Positions 56,371 through 64,000 of a DNA stretch of 64,000 nt are shown in pieces. The stretch comes from Gemmatimonadota bacterium (GTDB lineage: Bacteria > Gemmatimonadota > Gemmatimonadetes > Palauibacterales > Palauibacteraceae), in assembly GCA_039589195.1 (NCBI GenBank), contig JBDHHV010000002.1, forward strand, positions 1,126 through 65,125, read 5' to 3'. The notes beneath the pieces are model-generated. The model saw only the letters and a list, made by a program, of their open reading frames with translations. It was not told where the DNA came from and ran no database searches. Within the stretch, counting starts at the first letter, position 1. Every line of letters starts with the position of its first letter. The translations under genes were made by a program, and so were the position numbers.

Positions 56371-57135
56371 CTAGTTCCCTTCCAGCTGTGAGAGCAATCG
56401 CGTGGCCTGTGGGTTCTCGGGATCGATCTCGAGCGCCTTCCGGACGGCGGCGAGCGCCGCGTCCTTGTCGCCCTCCTGTGTGTTCAACTGCGCGAGTAGC
56501 AACAAGCTGTTCACGGACTCCGGGTAGTGCTCGAGGTTGAGCTCCACGAGCGCTTTGGCCTCGCCGGTCTTCTGCGCCTGGGCCAGACCTCCCGCCACCA
56601 GCATGAGCGCGAACTCGCTGAAGTCGTAGGACGCGCTGCCGTAGAACTCCTCCCGCAACTCGCGATACTTGGCCACTGCGGCGTCGATCCCCTCCGCATC
56701 GATCGTTTGGACGATGACGTCGCCGATCGACCGGGGAAGCGCCTTGCCGTTGTGGCAGGTCGCGCACGTGACCTTGACGGCGGGCTCGGCGCGCTCGGCG
56801 ACTTCGGTCAGCCCGGGCAGCCGCTCCTCGTTCAGGTAGTCGACCATCTGGAGCATGAAGCGCGCTTTGCGCTTGGTCTCCTTGTCATCGGATTCGAAGT
56901 CGTACTCGGAGAACGGCCGGCCTTCCTCTCCGACGTGGCAGTGCGTGCACCGGACCCCGAGCCCGATCGCGAAGCCTCGCATCACCCCGATCAACTCGCG
57001 CTGCGGGATGTCCTCCGGGAGCACCTGGAGATTGTTGAACTCGTCGGGTATCTGGGCCGCCGCGGGGCTCGGGAGGGCCAGACCCGCCCCCAGCACCACC
57101 CCCAGGGCCACAATTCGTCGCAACATTGGCATCAT
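56371..57135 (-). CDS. Diheme c-type cytochrome with C-terminal TPR-like domain, periplasmic
   Basis: Signal peptide. Two CxxCH motifs (CTHCH, CATCH). TPR-like helical C-terminus. GGAGAG Shine-Dalgarno. Confidence 0.7.
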   Translation of the reverse strand: MMPMLRRIVALGVVLGAGLALPSPAAAQIPDEFNNLQVLPEDIPQRELIGVMRGFAIGLGVRCTHCHVGEEGRPFSEYDFESDDKETKRKARFMLQMVDYLNEERLPGLTEVAERAEPAVKVTCATCHNGKALPRSIGDVIVQTIDAEGIDAAVAKYRELREEFYGSASYDFSEFALMLVAGGLAQAQKTGEAKALVELNLEHYPESVNSLLLLAQLNTQEGDKDAALAAVRKALEIDPENPQATRLLSQLEGN

Positions 57136-57372
57136 CGCTCTCCGTGTCTCATGACGGTCAGCCGAAGTGGCCGACCTCCATCAAATCCATACCAGGGCAT
57201 ACCGGTTTCATCGGGTACTCCAAACCGGCACTCTCGATGGGTGGCGATGTCGTCGCTACCCCGTTGCGCCGAAGCGGACGGCGGGAACGACGAGGCGGGA
57301 GTCCGCGGGGCCAGAACGGGGGTCCGACCGACGGCGATCCCACGCCGTGTCGGCAGCTTTCGGGGGAGCGGC

Positions 57373-58152
57373 CTAGAGCTCGTGCCCGAGCGCGACTCGC
57401 GCTCGCTCACGGTAGGTGCGGCTCAAGCGCAACTCCGTTCCGTCGCGCAGGACCACTCCGTAATCACCGCGCGCACGGGGGATCAGCCGCCCGATGCGAT
57501 CCAATCGCACGATCGTCGAGCGGTGGATGCGTAGAAAGCTCTGGCGGTCGAGCCGCTCCTCCATATCGCGGAGCGTCGCGCGCATCAGGTGGGCGCGGCC
57601 ACCCGCGTGCAAGCGCACATAGTCCCCGGCGGCCTCGACCCAGTCGATGTCCGCCGCCGGCACGAGCTCGATGCTGTCCCGCTTGCGCACGGCGAAGCTC
57701 GCTCGGGCAGGAGTCGACGGAGGACCATCACCGACCGCGTGGTTCAAGAGTGCGTGCAGGTGGCCGCCCAGCCTCTCCGCGTTTCGCTCGCGCAACCGCC
57801 GTCCGGCGTAGTGCAGGGCCGCCTCGAAGCGCTCGTCATCGAAGGGCTTGAGCAAGTAGTCGATCGCGTGCGCCTCGAACGCGCGAATCGCGTGATCGTC
57901 GTAGGCCGTGACGAAGATCGTGATCGGGACCTCGGCGGGATCGAGGCTGCTCAGCACTTCGAACCCGGTGAGTCCCGGCATCTGGATATCCAGGAAAAGG
58001 AGGTCCGGCCGGTGGGTCCGTACTGCGCTCACGGTGTCCGGCCCCGTCTTCGCTTCCGCGACGACGTCGTACTCATCGCGGTGGCGGAGCAGATTGCGGA
58101 TGCGGCGACGCGCGGGGGCTTCGTCATCTGCGATCAGCGCCCGGATGGGCAT
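57373..58152 (-). CDS. LytTR-family two-component response regulator
   Basis: REC domain (ALIADDE...LLFLDIQMPGLTGFEVL...AYDDHAIRAFE). C-terminal LytTR DNA-binding domain. Confidence 0.85.
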   Translation of the reverse strand: MPIRALIADDEAPARRRIRNLLRHRDEYDVVAEAKTGPDTVSAVRTHRPDLLFLDIQMPGLTGFEVLSSLDPAEVPITIFVTAYDDHAIRAFEAHAIDYLLKPFDDERFEAALHYAGRRLRERNAERLGGHLHALLNHAVGDGPPSTPARASFAVRKRDSIELVPAADIDWVEAAGDYVRLHAGGRAHLMRATLRDMEERLDRQSFLRIHRSTIVRLDRIGRLIPRARGDYGVVLRDGTELRLSRTYRERARVALGHEL

Positions 58153-59354
58153 CAGCCGGCGTCCGGAGAGTGGTCGGAGTCGGCCAACGCGGAATCGACG
58201 TCCCCGACGGGCTCGCGCCGATAGGGGATCTCGATCTCGACCCGCAACCCTCCGCGCGCTGATTCAGCGAGCTGGAACCGGTGATCATCGGGGTACAACT
58301 GGGTCAACCTCGCGCGCGTGTTGCTCAGCCCGATCCCGGTTCCGCCATTCACGGAGCCCTCGCGCGACAGCCCCGGCCCGTCGTCCTCCACGGCCAGGGT
58401 CAGACGGCCATCCCCCCTCCGGGCGCGTACCCGCACGCTCCCTCGCTCGGCCGATGGCTCCACTCCGTGTCGGATGGCGTTCTCGACAAGCGGCTGCATG
58501 AGGAACGGCGGGACGAGCGCGTCGGCGGTTCCCTCCTCCACCTCCCACTCGACCGCCAGCCGGTCACCGAAGCGGATCTCCTCGATCTCCACATAACGGC
58601 GCAGGATGTCGAGCTCCGCTTCGAGCGGCTGCTCCTGAACGCCCTCGCTCTCCAGGGTTGCGCGGAGTAGCTCGCTCAACCGGGCGAGCACCCTGCGGGC
58701 AGCCTTCACGTCGTCGTCCATGAGCGAGGCGACGACGTGCAGCGTGTTGAACAGGAAGTGTGGCCGGAGCTGCATCTTCAGGGCTCGGAGCTGCGTCCGC
58801 GCCAGCTCGGCGCGGGCGCGGGAGGCCTCCACCTCGCCCTCCCGATAGCGTCGGTAGTTGGCGATCGCGTGGTCGACGCCCACGATCGCCCAGTAGATGA
58901 GGAACGCGATGTTGAAGCGGGCCCGGAAGAAGGCCCAGAAGACGTCCGATGTCGAGACGTCGACGCTGTATCCACCGACCCGCCAGCTCCACTGCATCCA
59001 TGCGAACACGTACAGGAGCCCGCAGGCACCTGCGGCGAAGACGTGCACGGGGACGTGGCGTCCGAGGTCCCCTCTCTCGAGCGGAAACCGCCGCGCGACG
59101 ACGAGCACGAGCGGGGTGAGGAGGATCCACACCAGATACGCAGGGAGCTGCTGCGCCAGGAGTGCGCCCCACTGCGGCTCGTCCCCCAGCGAGCGATTGG
59201 CCAGGTATGAGCTGGCCAGATACGACTGGCTGGCGGCGAGGAGGCTGACGAGGGCCCACACCCCCACGATCACCGCAGCGGTCTTGAGACGCCGGGAGGC
59301 GCGCCCCGGGCTACCGCCGGTGCTGGGCTGGAAGCCTGGTGTCCGGTTAGCCAC
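58152..59354 (-). CDS. Sensor histidine kinase (LytS/YehU-type His_kinase + HATPase_c) with N-terminal multi-TM sensor. GTG start.
   Basis: LKMQLRPHFLFNTLH H-box. QPLVENAIRHG N-box. G-box DDGPGL...GTGIGLSN. 1-nt overlap with the downstream regulator. Confidence 0.8.
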   Translation of the reverse strand: MANRTPGFQPSTGGSPGRASRRLKTAAVIVGVWALVSLLAASQSYLASSYLANRSLGDEPQWGALLAQQLPAYLVWILLTPLVLVVARRFPLERGDLGRHVPVHVFAAGACGLLYVFAWMQWSWRVGGYSVDVSTSDVFWAFFRARFNIAFLIYWAIVGVDHAIANYRRYREGEVEASRARAELARTQLRALKMQLRPHFLFNTLHVVASLMDDDVKAARRVLARLSELLRATLESEGVQEQPLEAELDILRRYVEIEEIRFGDRLAVEWEVEEGTADALVPPFLMQPLVENAIRHGVEPSAERGSVRVRARRGDGRLTLAVEDDGPGLSREGSVNGGTGIGLSNTRARLTQLYPDDHRFQLAESARGGLRVEIEIPYRREPVGDVDSALADSDHSPDAG

Positions 59355-59398
59355 GGCCTCGGCCTTCGTACCGTGCTCGGCGGGTCTCGGGCGCGGAC

Positions 59399-59986
59399 TC
59401 AGCCGCCCGCGCCCAAGTACCGGTCCGGGATCGCCTCGTCACCCGGGACGCCGCGCCAGAAGATGTTCACGATCCACCATCGGTCGCCGTCATGGAACAG
59501 CTGGATGCTGTTGATCCCGCGCTGGAACGGCTCGGGGTCCTCGGGAGTCCAGCGAGATTGGTACGTGCTGAAGGCGTGGGTGATGCTCTTGAACTCCTCC
59601 GTCACGCGCCCGATCTCGCTCTCGAAGAACCCACGCCGTTCCAGGAAACCTCCGGCCTGCGCGATGTACTCGTCGACGGTCCACACCTGGTAGCCGATTT
59701 CGCCGGTCTGGTTCGCACTGGTGGGAATCAGCCTCGCCTCAGGGACGTGCAGCGACCGGAAACGATCCCAGTCGCGCGCCTCCCCGGCGGGCCCGGAGAT
59801 CACGTCGTACAGGGCGGCGATGATCGCGTCGACCGAAGCCACGTCCTCGGGATCGGCCGTCGGCCACTCGGCGTCCTGCGCGCCGGCACCGGCGGGAATC
59901 AGAAGAGCTGCGAGAGTCAGGGCCGAGAGACCCCGAGCCCGGACTTGCGCAGAGAACCACCTGATGTGCTGTTCTGTTGGGCTCAT
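59399..59986 (-). CDS. Secreted hypothetical protein, possibly NTF2-like (SnoaL/DUF4440-like) fold
   Basis: Signal peptide LTLAALLIPAGAGAQD. C-terminal DGDRWWIVNIFW reminiscent of NTF2-like proteins. Confidence 0.4.
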   Translation of the reverse strand: MSPTEQHIRWFSAQVRARGLSALTLAALLIPAGAGAQDAEWPTADPEDVASVDAIIAALYDVISGPAGEARDWDRFRSLHVPEARLIPTSANQTGEIGYQVWTVDEYIAQAGGFLERRGFFESEIGRVTEEFKSITHAFSTYQSRWTPEDPEPFQRGINSIQLFHDGDRWWIVNIFWRGVPGDEAIPDRYLGAGG

Positions 59987-60059
59987 GAAGCCTCCGTTGA
60001 TCGAGAGTCCGACGGCTGAGATTAGGGCTGTGCGAGCGGCAAGGCCAACCGTGGAGCTT

Positions 60060-60620
60060 TCAGCTCGACCAGCTCTCGTACTCCGCTCTCACCTCCTTCC
60101 TCGCGAGCCAGATGATCAGGAAGACGGGGAAGGCGAGCAGGATTACAAGCGCCACAGCCAGCCCGAACGCGGCGGCCGCCTGCCAGGTTCCTGGCGGGAG
60201 CCCGGCGATCTCGCCGCCGTACCGGGAGAGCCACCAGGTCGCCCATCCCATCTCGACCGCGATCCAGACGATCGCGAGAACGGCCCACTGCCTGCACCGG
60301 GATATCCCCCAGCGACGGCGGCGCCGGAGCCCGAGGCACCCCACGAGGAGGAGCACGCCCAGCGCAACGTGCGCGAGGCTGGAGACCAGCCGCCAGGCAA
60401 ACGGCGGGAGCGCGCCGATGATCACTTCGGCGAGGTCGGGTCCGAAGATCTCCCGCCAGTTCTCTTCGGTCCATGTCAGGGTCACGAGGTCGTCGAGCTT
60501 GTCCACGAAGATGAGGATGGAGAGGATGATGCCGATCATCCCGATTACCTCCGGCCACCGCGACCGGGGCGGGCCGGCGGGAGTTACATAACCGGATTCG
60601 GGCTCATGCGTGGAGATCAT
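60060..60620 (-). CDS. Hypothetical integral membrane protein (4 predicted TM helices)
   Basis: Long ORF on the dominant coding strand with hydrophobic segments. No recognisable motif. Confidence 0.4.
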   Translation of the reverse strand: MISTHEPESGYVTPAGPPRSRWPEVIGMIGIILSILIFVDKLDDLVTLTWTEENWREIFGPDLAEVIIGALPPFAWRLVSSLAHVALGVLLLVGCLGLRRRRRWGISRCRQWAVLAIVWIAVEMGWATWWLSRYGGEIAGLPPGTWQAAAAFGLAVALVILLAFPVFLIIWLARKEVRAEYESWSS

Positions 60621-60700
60621 GGAGGGACCTCCTGTCTGGGTTCCAAGATGTATCGTTCGGAGGCGTAGTGTCGATTCGCGTCATTCACCTCCACCCTCAC

Positions 60701-62125
60701 CTATGCCTCCTCTGACCCTTTTGGTCCACCCTCCCGAGCGCCCAACCCGAATCGAAACAGCGCGTGCAGACCTACCGCGAGCAGTACCCCCAATACCACG
60801 GAGTTCGTGATCAGTAGCCGGAGGAGCAACGGCACATCGCTCAGCCATGCCTCGCCAAGACCGACTTGCGCGTAGATGGGCAGTCCCGCGGCGACGATCA
60901 GGGTCGCGCCCACGATCGTGTTGTTGGATGGGCTGTCCGGCACGCTGCCCAGGATCCGGAGACCCGAGATCGCGATCATCCCGCAGACGAGCACGAACAC
61001 GCCCCCGAGCACGGAGCGCGGGAGCGCGACGAGTAAGGCCCCGAACTTGGGGCTCAACCCGTAGAGCAGCAGGATCACCGCGGCGATCCGCACGACGGTC
61101 CGGCTGGCGACTCGGGTGGCCGCGATGATCCCCACGTTCTGCGTATAGCTCGTGCAGGGGAGGCCCCCGAGGGTGGCGGCGATCGCGCTCCCCAACCCCT
61201 CGGCGAAGATCCCGCGGTTCATGTGCCGTACTTCGTATTGCTCACCGGCGACCGCGCAGGTGGCCGCGTAGTCCCCCAGGGACTCGACCATCGACCCCAG
61301 GTAACCCGCGAGCACGGCCGCTACCGCCGCGAGCGGGAAGGTCCACCCGAAACCCGGTCCTCCGTAGGGAAACAGCGCGGGCGCGGCGAGCCACGGCCGG
61401 TCGCGCACCAGCGTCCAATCGACCTGGTCGAGCACGCTCCCGAGCCCGAGACCAACGACCCAGATCGAGATGAAGATCGCGCCCCGGGCCAGGAGGCCGC
61501 CGGCCACATTCCGGAAGCGGATCTGCAGCACGGCGATCAAACCGAGGACAGCCGCGGCGAGGGCGAAGTTGATCCCGCGCCCGTCACCGACCATCAACCG
61601 CACCGCCAGCTGTCCGAGCGCGAGCGCGATCGTAACGACGACCACACCGGCCACCACGGGTGGGAAAAGACGTCGCATGAGACCGACCAGCCGCGCCCCG
61701 CCGACCGTCATCTCTATCAGACCGCCGAGGAACGCGCCGCCCCACATGGCGGCCGGCCCGATTTGGCCGGCGATCGGGGCCATGGTGCCGGTCAGCGTGG
61801 CCGAGGGACCCTGGATTATCGGGAGTCGATTCCCGATCGTGGTCTGGATCAGGGTCGCCACGCCCATCGAGAACAAACAGAAGTTGATGAACCGGGCGGA
61901 GTCTCCGGCCGACATCCCGATGGCGGCCGCCACGGCGAGGGGCAGCACGAAGGGCGAAATGTCGACCAGGGTGTGCTGCCAGCCGTACAGGACGGTCTCC
62001 CACCACGAGTCGGGGCGCTCGTTCACCCGATAGACCGGCTCGACGATCGCGGGCATTTCGTCCCACACGGAGTTCCCGGTGTCTGCGGCAGAACTTTTCA
62101 GGTGGTCTGACGGCTTTGGACGCAT
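60701..62125 (-). CDS. Nucleobase:cation symporter-2 (NCS2/xanthine-uracil permease) family transporter
   Basis: ~13 TM. Conserved NCS2 motifs (TIGNRLPIIQGPS, GLPCTSYTQNVGIIAATRVASR). Confidence 0.8.
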   Translation of the reverse strand: MRPKPSDHLKSSAADTGNSVWDEMPAIVEPVYRVNERPDSWWETVLYGWQHTLVDISPFVLPLAVAAAIGMSAGDSARFINFCLFSMGVATLIQTTIGNRLPIIQGPSATLTGTMAPIAGQIGPAAMWGGAFLGGLIEMTVGGARLVGLMRRLFPPVVAGVVVVTIALALGQLAVRLMVGDGRGINFALAAAVLGLIAVLQIRFRNVAGGLLARGAIFISIWVVGLGLGSVLDQVDWTLVRDRPWLAAPALFPYGGPGFGWTFPLAAVAAVLAGYLGSMVESLGDYAATCAVAGEQYEVRHMNRGIFAEGLGSAIAATLGGLPCTSYTQNVGIIAATRVASRTVVRIAAVILLLYGLSPKFGALLVALPRSVLGGVFVLVCGMIAISGLRILGSVPDSPSNNTIVGATLIVAAGLPIYAQVGLGEAWLSDVPLLLRLLITNSVVLGVLLAVGLHALFRFGLGAREGGPKGSEEA

Positions 62126-62292
62126 GGGCTCCCGGCCAGGTCGGCCTGCGCAGTTCTCGTTCGGTGCGGCTCCGGCCCGGATCGAACCCCGGCCGGACCT
62201 GACCGGGCTTAAGAGGAGGTCGCGGCCGATCGCGCGTCAACGCCCGCGCGCATCAGCGCACCCGTGCGCACCAACGTGAAAGGAGATCAGCG

Positions 62293-62706
62293 ATGGTTCA
62301 GGCGGTGTCGGAATTCAGTCGTGGGTTGCGTTCTCTGGGGTGGCCCTGGCAGCTCTGGGTCGCCCTGGTCGCCGCCGTGAACATGATCCCGGGACTCGTC
62401 TACTTCGCGAGACCCGAGGGCAAGATCCTCTTGATCGCGATGGCCTTCGCGTTTGTCCTGATGCTCCTGATCGTGCGCGCAAAGGGATTCGTTCGACTGC
62501 TCGGGCTCGGGCACCTTCTCGTGTGGGGACCGATGCCCCCCTGGCTGTGGGGCCGCCTGCAGGAAGTCGGTACCGCGAGTGGCCTGGGGCGATGGCTCCT
62601 CGCGGTGATCGTCATGGATGGGATCTCGCTCGTGATCGACCTGATCGACGTCGGGCGGTACGCATCGGGCGATCGGGCGCCGGCCGTGCCCCCGTCGGCG
62701 GCCTGA
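62293..62706 (+). CDS. Small hypothetical membrane protein (3-4 TM)
   Basis: AAAGGAGAT Shine-Dalgarno 7 nt before the ATG. Hydrophobic segments. Divergent from the NCS2 gene. Confidence 0.4.
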   Translation: MVQAVSEFSRGLRSLGWPWQLWVALVAAVNMIPGLVYFARPEGKILLIAMAFAFVLMLLIVRAKGFVRLLGLGHLLVWGPMPPWLWGRLQEVGTASGLGRWLLAVIVMDGISLVIDLIDVGRYASGDRAPAVPPSAA

Positions 62707-62739
62707 TCGACCGGGCCCGGCGCGCCCGAAAGGGATGAG

Positions 62740-64000
62740 TCACGAGATGGCTCGGCCGCTTTCGATCAGCCGCAAAACCGCCTCCAGGACCGGATCTCGG
62801 TTGGAAAAGTAGTCCTCCGAAGAGAGTCCTGCCGGGACATCGGGCGCAATCCACAGTCGGTCGTCGTTCGCGTGCGAATCCTGCCAGTAGCGCGACGAGA
62901 TACTCCCCTGAAGACCGCTGTACGGGAGTGTCACGGGCGTCGTCTCGCCCGTGAAGTTGGGGCGTGAGCCGGTCGGCTCTCCCACGAACACCGCGTCGGT
63001 CAGTCGCTCGACCCCGTTCACGAAGTTCTGCGCCGCCGAGAACGTGTGGCGTCCGGCGAGCACGAAGATCCTGCGATCGGGAGCGCCGTGCTCGAACTGG
63101 ATCAGCGCACGAACCAGCGGCCAGTTGAGGAAATTGTTCCCGCCTCCGTTCCGGCGGACGTCCACGATCACCGAAGAAGACCGGGTACGTCCCAGGGTAG
63201 CGAGCAGGGTGTCGGCGAAGTCCGCGACCGTGTTCCCACGCTCGTTCGCGACCGAGTTGTACTGCACGTACACCGCCCGGTGATCGGGGAGCTCCTCCAA
63301 CCAGATGTTCCTGGCCGGGTTGCTCAGGTATAGCGGTGCGGGCGCCGAGGCCTCGGCGGGTGGCCTGGTCAGACGCCAGGTTCGTCGGGGTGGACCGGCC
63401 GTGAGGGTCACGGTGCGCGTGGTGCCGCCGGGATCGGCCACGGTCACCGACATGGCGTCGCCGTCGCGCGTCGCTCCCAGCCCCTCCAGGAGGTCGATCC
63501 GCGTGATGAGGGCGGGTGTCCCGGAGCGCACACCCATCGGGTTGTCGACCGGGACGTACGGCTCGATCCCGGGCACGAGCTCGTCCACCGGGACGCCTCC
63601 AATCTCGAGCAACCGGCTCCCGATCAGGTCCCGGGCGCCGGCGCCCGCGGCTCCCACCACGAACAACCCATCGCTGAACATGTAGAGGTCGATCGGGAGT
63701 CCGGAGAACATCACCTCGCCCTGCGGAACCGACCAGATGCCGCTGTGGCCGTCCCCGAGCATTACCACCAACCGCTTGAGCTCGTTCGCGATTTGCTCGT
63801 CCGTCAGTCGAGGGATCCGGGTCCGGATGTCCGCCACGGTCGCCTCGAAGGCCGGAGAGAACGCGGGGCGCTCGAAGGCGGCGTGCAATCGCCGGATCTC
63901 TTCGACGAGGTAGTCGAGGTCGTACAGCCAACCGTCATCCCGCGTGAGCTCACGCCTAGGCAGGAGGCCGGCGATGCGACGGTACCGGTCGTCGTCCTCA
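62740..64000 (-). CDS. S41 family peptidase (tail-specific / tricorn-core-like), 5'-partial. The ORF runs off the window end; the M at 63888 in the track is an internal TTG.
   Basis: VIVDVRRNGGGNNFLNWPLV (S41 DxRxNxGG). Catalytic Ser region FVLAGRHTFSAAQNF. The in-frame upstream sequence ...LYDLDYLVEEIRRLHAAFERP continues to position 64000 without a stop. Confidence 0.72.
   Translation of the reverse strand, partial: EDDDRYRRIAGLLPRRELTRDDGWLYDLDYLVEEIRRLHAAFERPAFSPAFEATVADIRTRIPRLTDEQIANELKRLVVMLGDGHSGIWSVPQGEVMFSGLPIDLYMFSDGLFVVGAAGAGARDLIGSRLLEIGGVPVDELVPGIEPYVPVDNPMGVRSGTPALITRIDLLEGLGATRDGDAMSVTVADPGGTTRTVTLTAGPPRRTWRLTRPPAEASAPAPLYLSNPARNIWLEELPDHRAVYVQYNSVANERGNTVADFADTLLATLGRTRSSSVIVDVRRNGGGNNFLNWPLVRALIQFEHGAPDRRIFVLAGRHTFSAAQNFVNGVERLTDAVFVGEPTGSRPNFTGETTPVTLPYSGLQGSISSRYWQDSHANDDRLWIAPDVPAGLSSEDYFSNRDPVLEAVLRLIESGRAIS

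Noticed and set aside
62160-62200. GGGGTTCGATCCGGG on the minus strand, resembling a tRNA T-arm
   Set aside because: No acceptor, D or anticodon arms can be built. The flanking sequence forms a long simple GC hairpin in the divergent promoter region between the NCS2 and small-membrane-protein genes.
62126-62292. Possible purine riboswitch upstream of the NCS2 xanthine/uracil permease
   Set aside because: The leader is GC-rich. It lacks the conserved purine-riboswitch loops (UAUA…GGGA…CCGUAAAU) and has no three-way junction.
1-64000. CRISPR arrays, transposases/integrases, tRNA or rRNA genes, toxin-antitoxin pairs
   Set aside because: None found. No spacer-repeat periodicity, no DDE/tyrosine-recombinase signatures in any frame, and no cloverleaf-compatible sequences.

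Overview
This is a 64 kb, ~69% GC bacterial chromosomal segment that is densely coding, with about 80% of genes on the minus strand. It has Gram-negative hallmarks (OMP beta-barrel, lipoboxes, SPOR domain, MsbA-type ABC exporter). I found no transposases, integrases or CRISPR.

Reading by increasing coordinate:
- A zf-HC2 anti-sigma factor and an ECF sigma factor, separated by a strong intrinsic terminator.
- A NUDIX hydrolase.
- An M16 peptidase pair (inactive and active subunits).
- RNase P RNA (rnpB), hidden under the false 5' end of a long reported ORF.
- A fused multi-TM spermidine-synthase-like protein (plus strand).
- A plus-strand surface operon: YVTN beta-propeller, Ig-like/HExxH lipoprotein, OMP beta-barrel.
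- Two tandem PilX_N-domain paralogs.
- A DUF819 membrane protein.
- A minus-strand S9 peptidase followed by two giant double-unit CRTAC1-like (FG-GAP/ASPIC-UnbV) lipoproteins.
- The dTDP-rhamnose operon rfbBACD.
- A SPOR/DUF5916 protein and a YdjC deacetylase.
- A ~19.3 kb, 13-gene translationally coupled glycan-biosynthesis operon (36.7-56.0 kb), described below.
- A diheme cytochrome c-TPR protein, a LytS/LytTR two-component system, an NCS2 permease and a 5'-truncated S41 peptidase.

The most novel content is the large operon. It is led by a GH-A hydrolase/GT2/TM fusion and an ABC exporter. It contains GT2 and GT4 enzymes, three tandem divergent GT-B paralogs with a fourth copy fused to a GT2, a sulfotransferase, an APH-like kinase and a methyltransferase. 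An unrecognised ~100-aa domain is repeated in three consecutive proteins.

Many real genes use GTG/TTG starts with GTGA/ATGA/TTGA stop-start overlaps. Several long ORFs in the supplied track are high-GC antisense artefacts.
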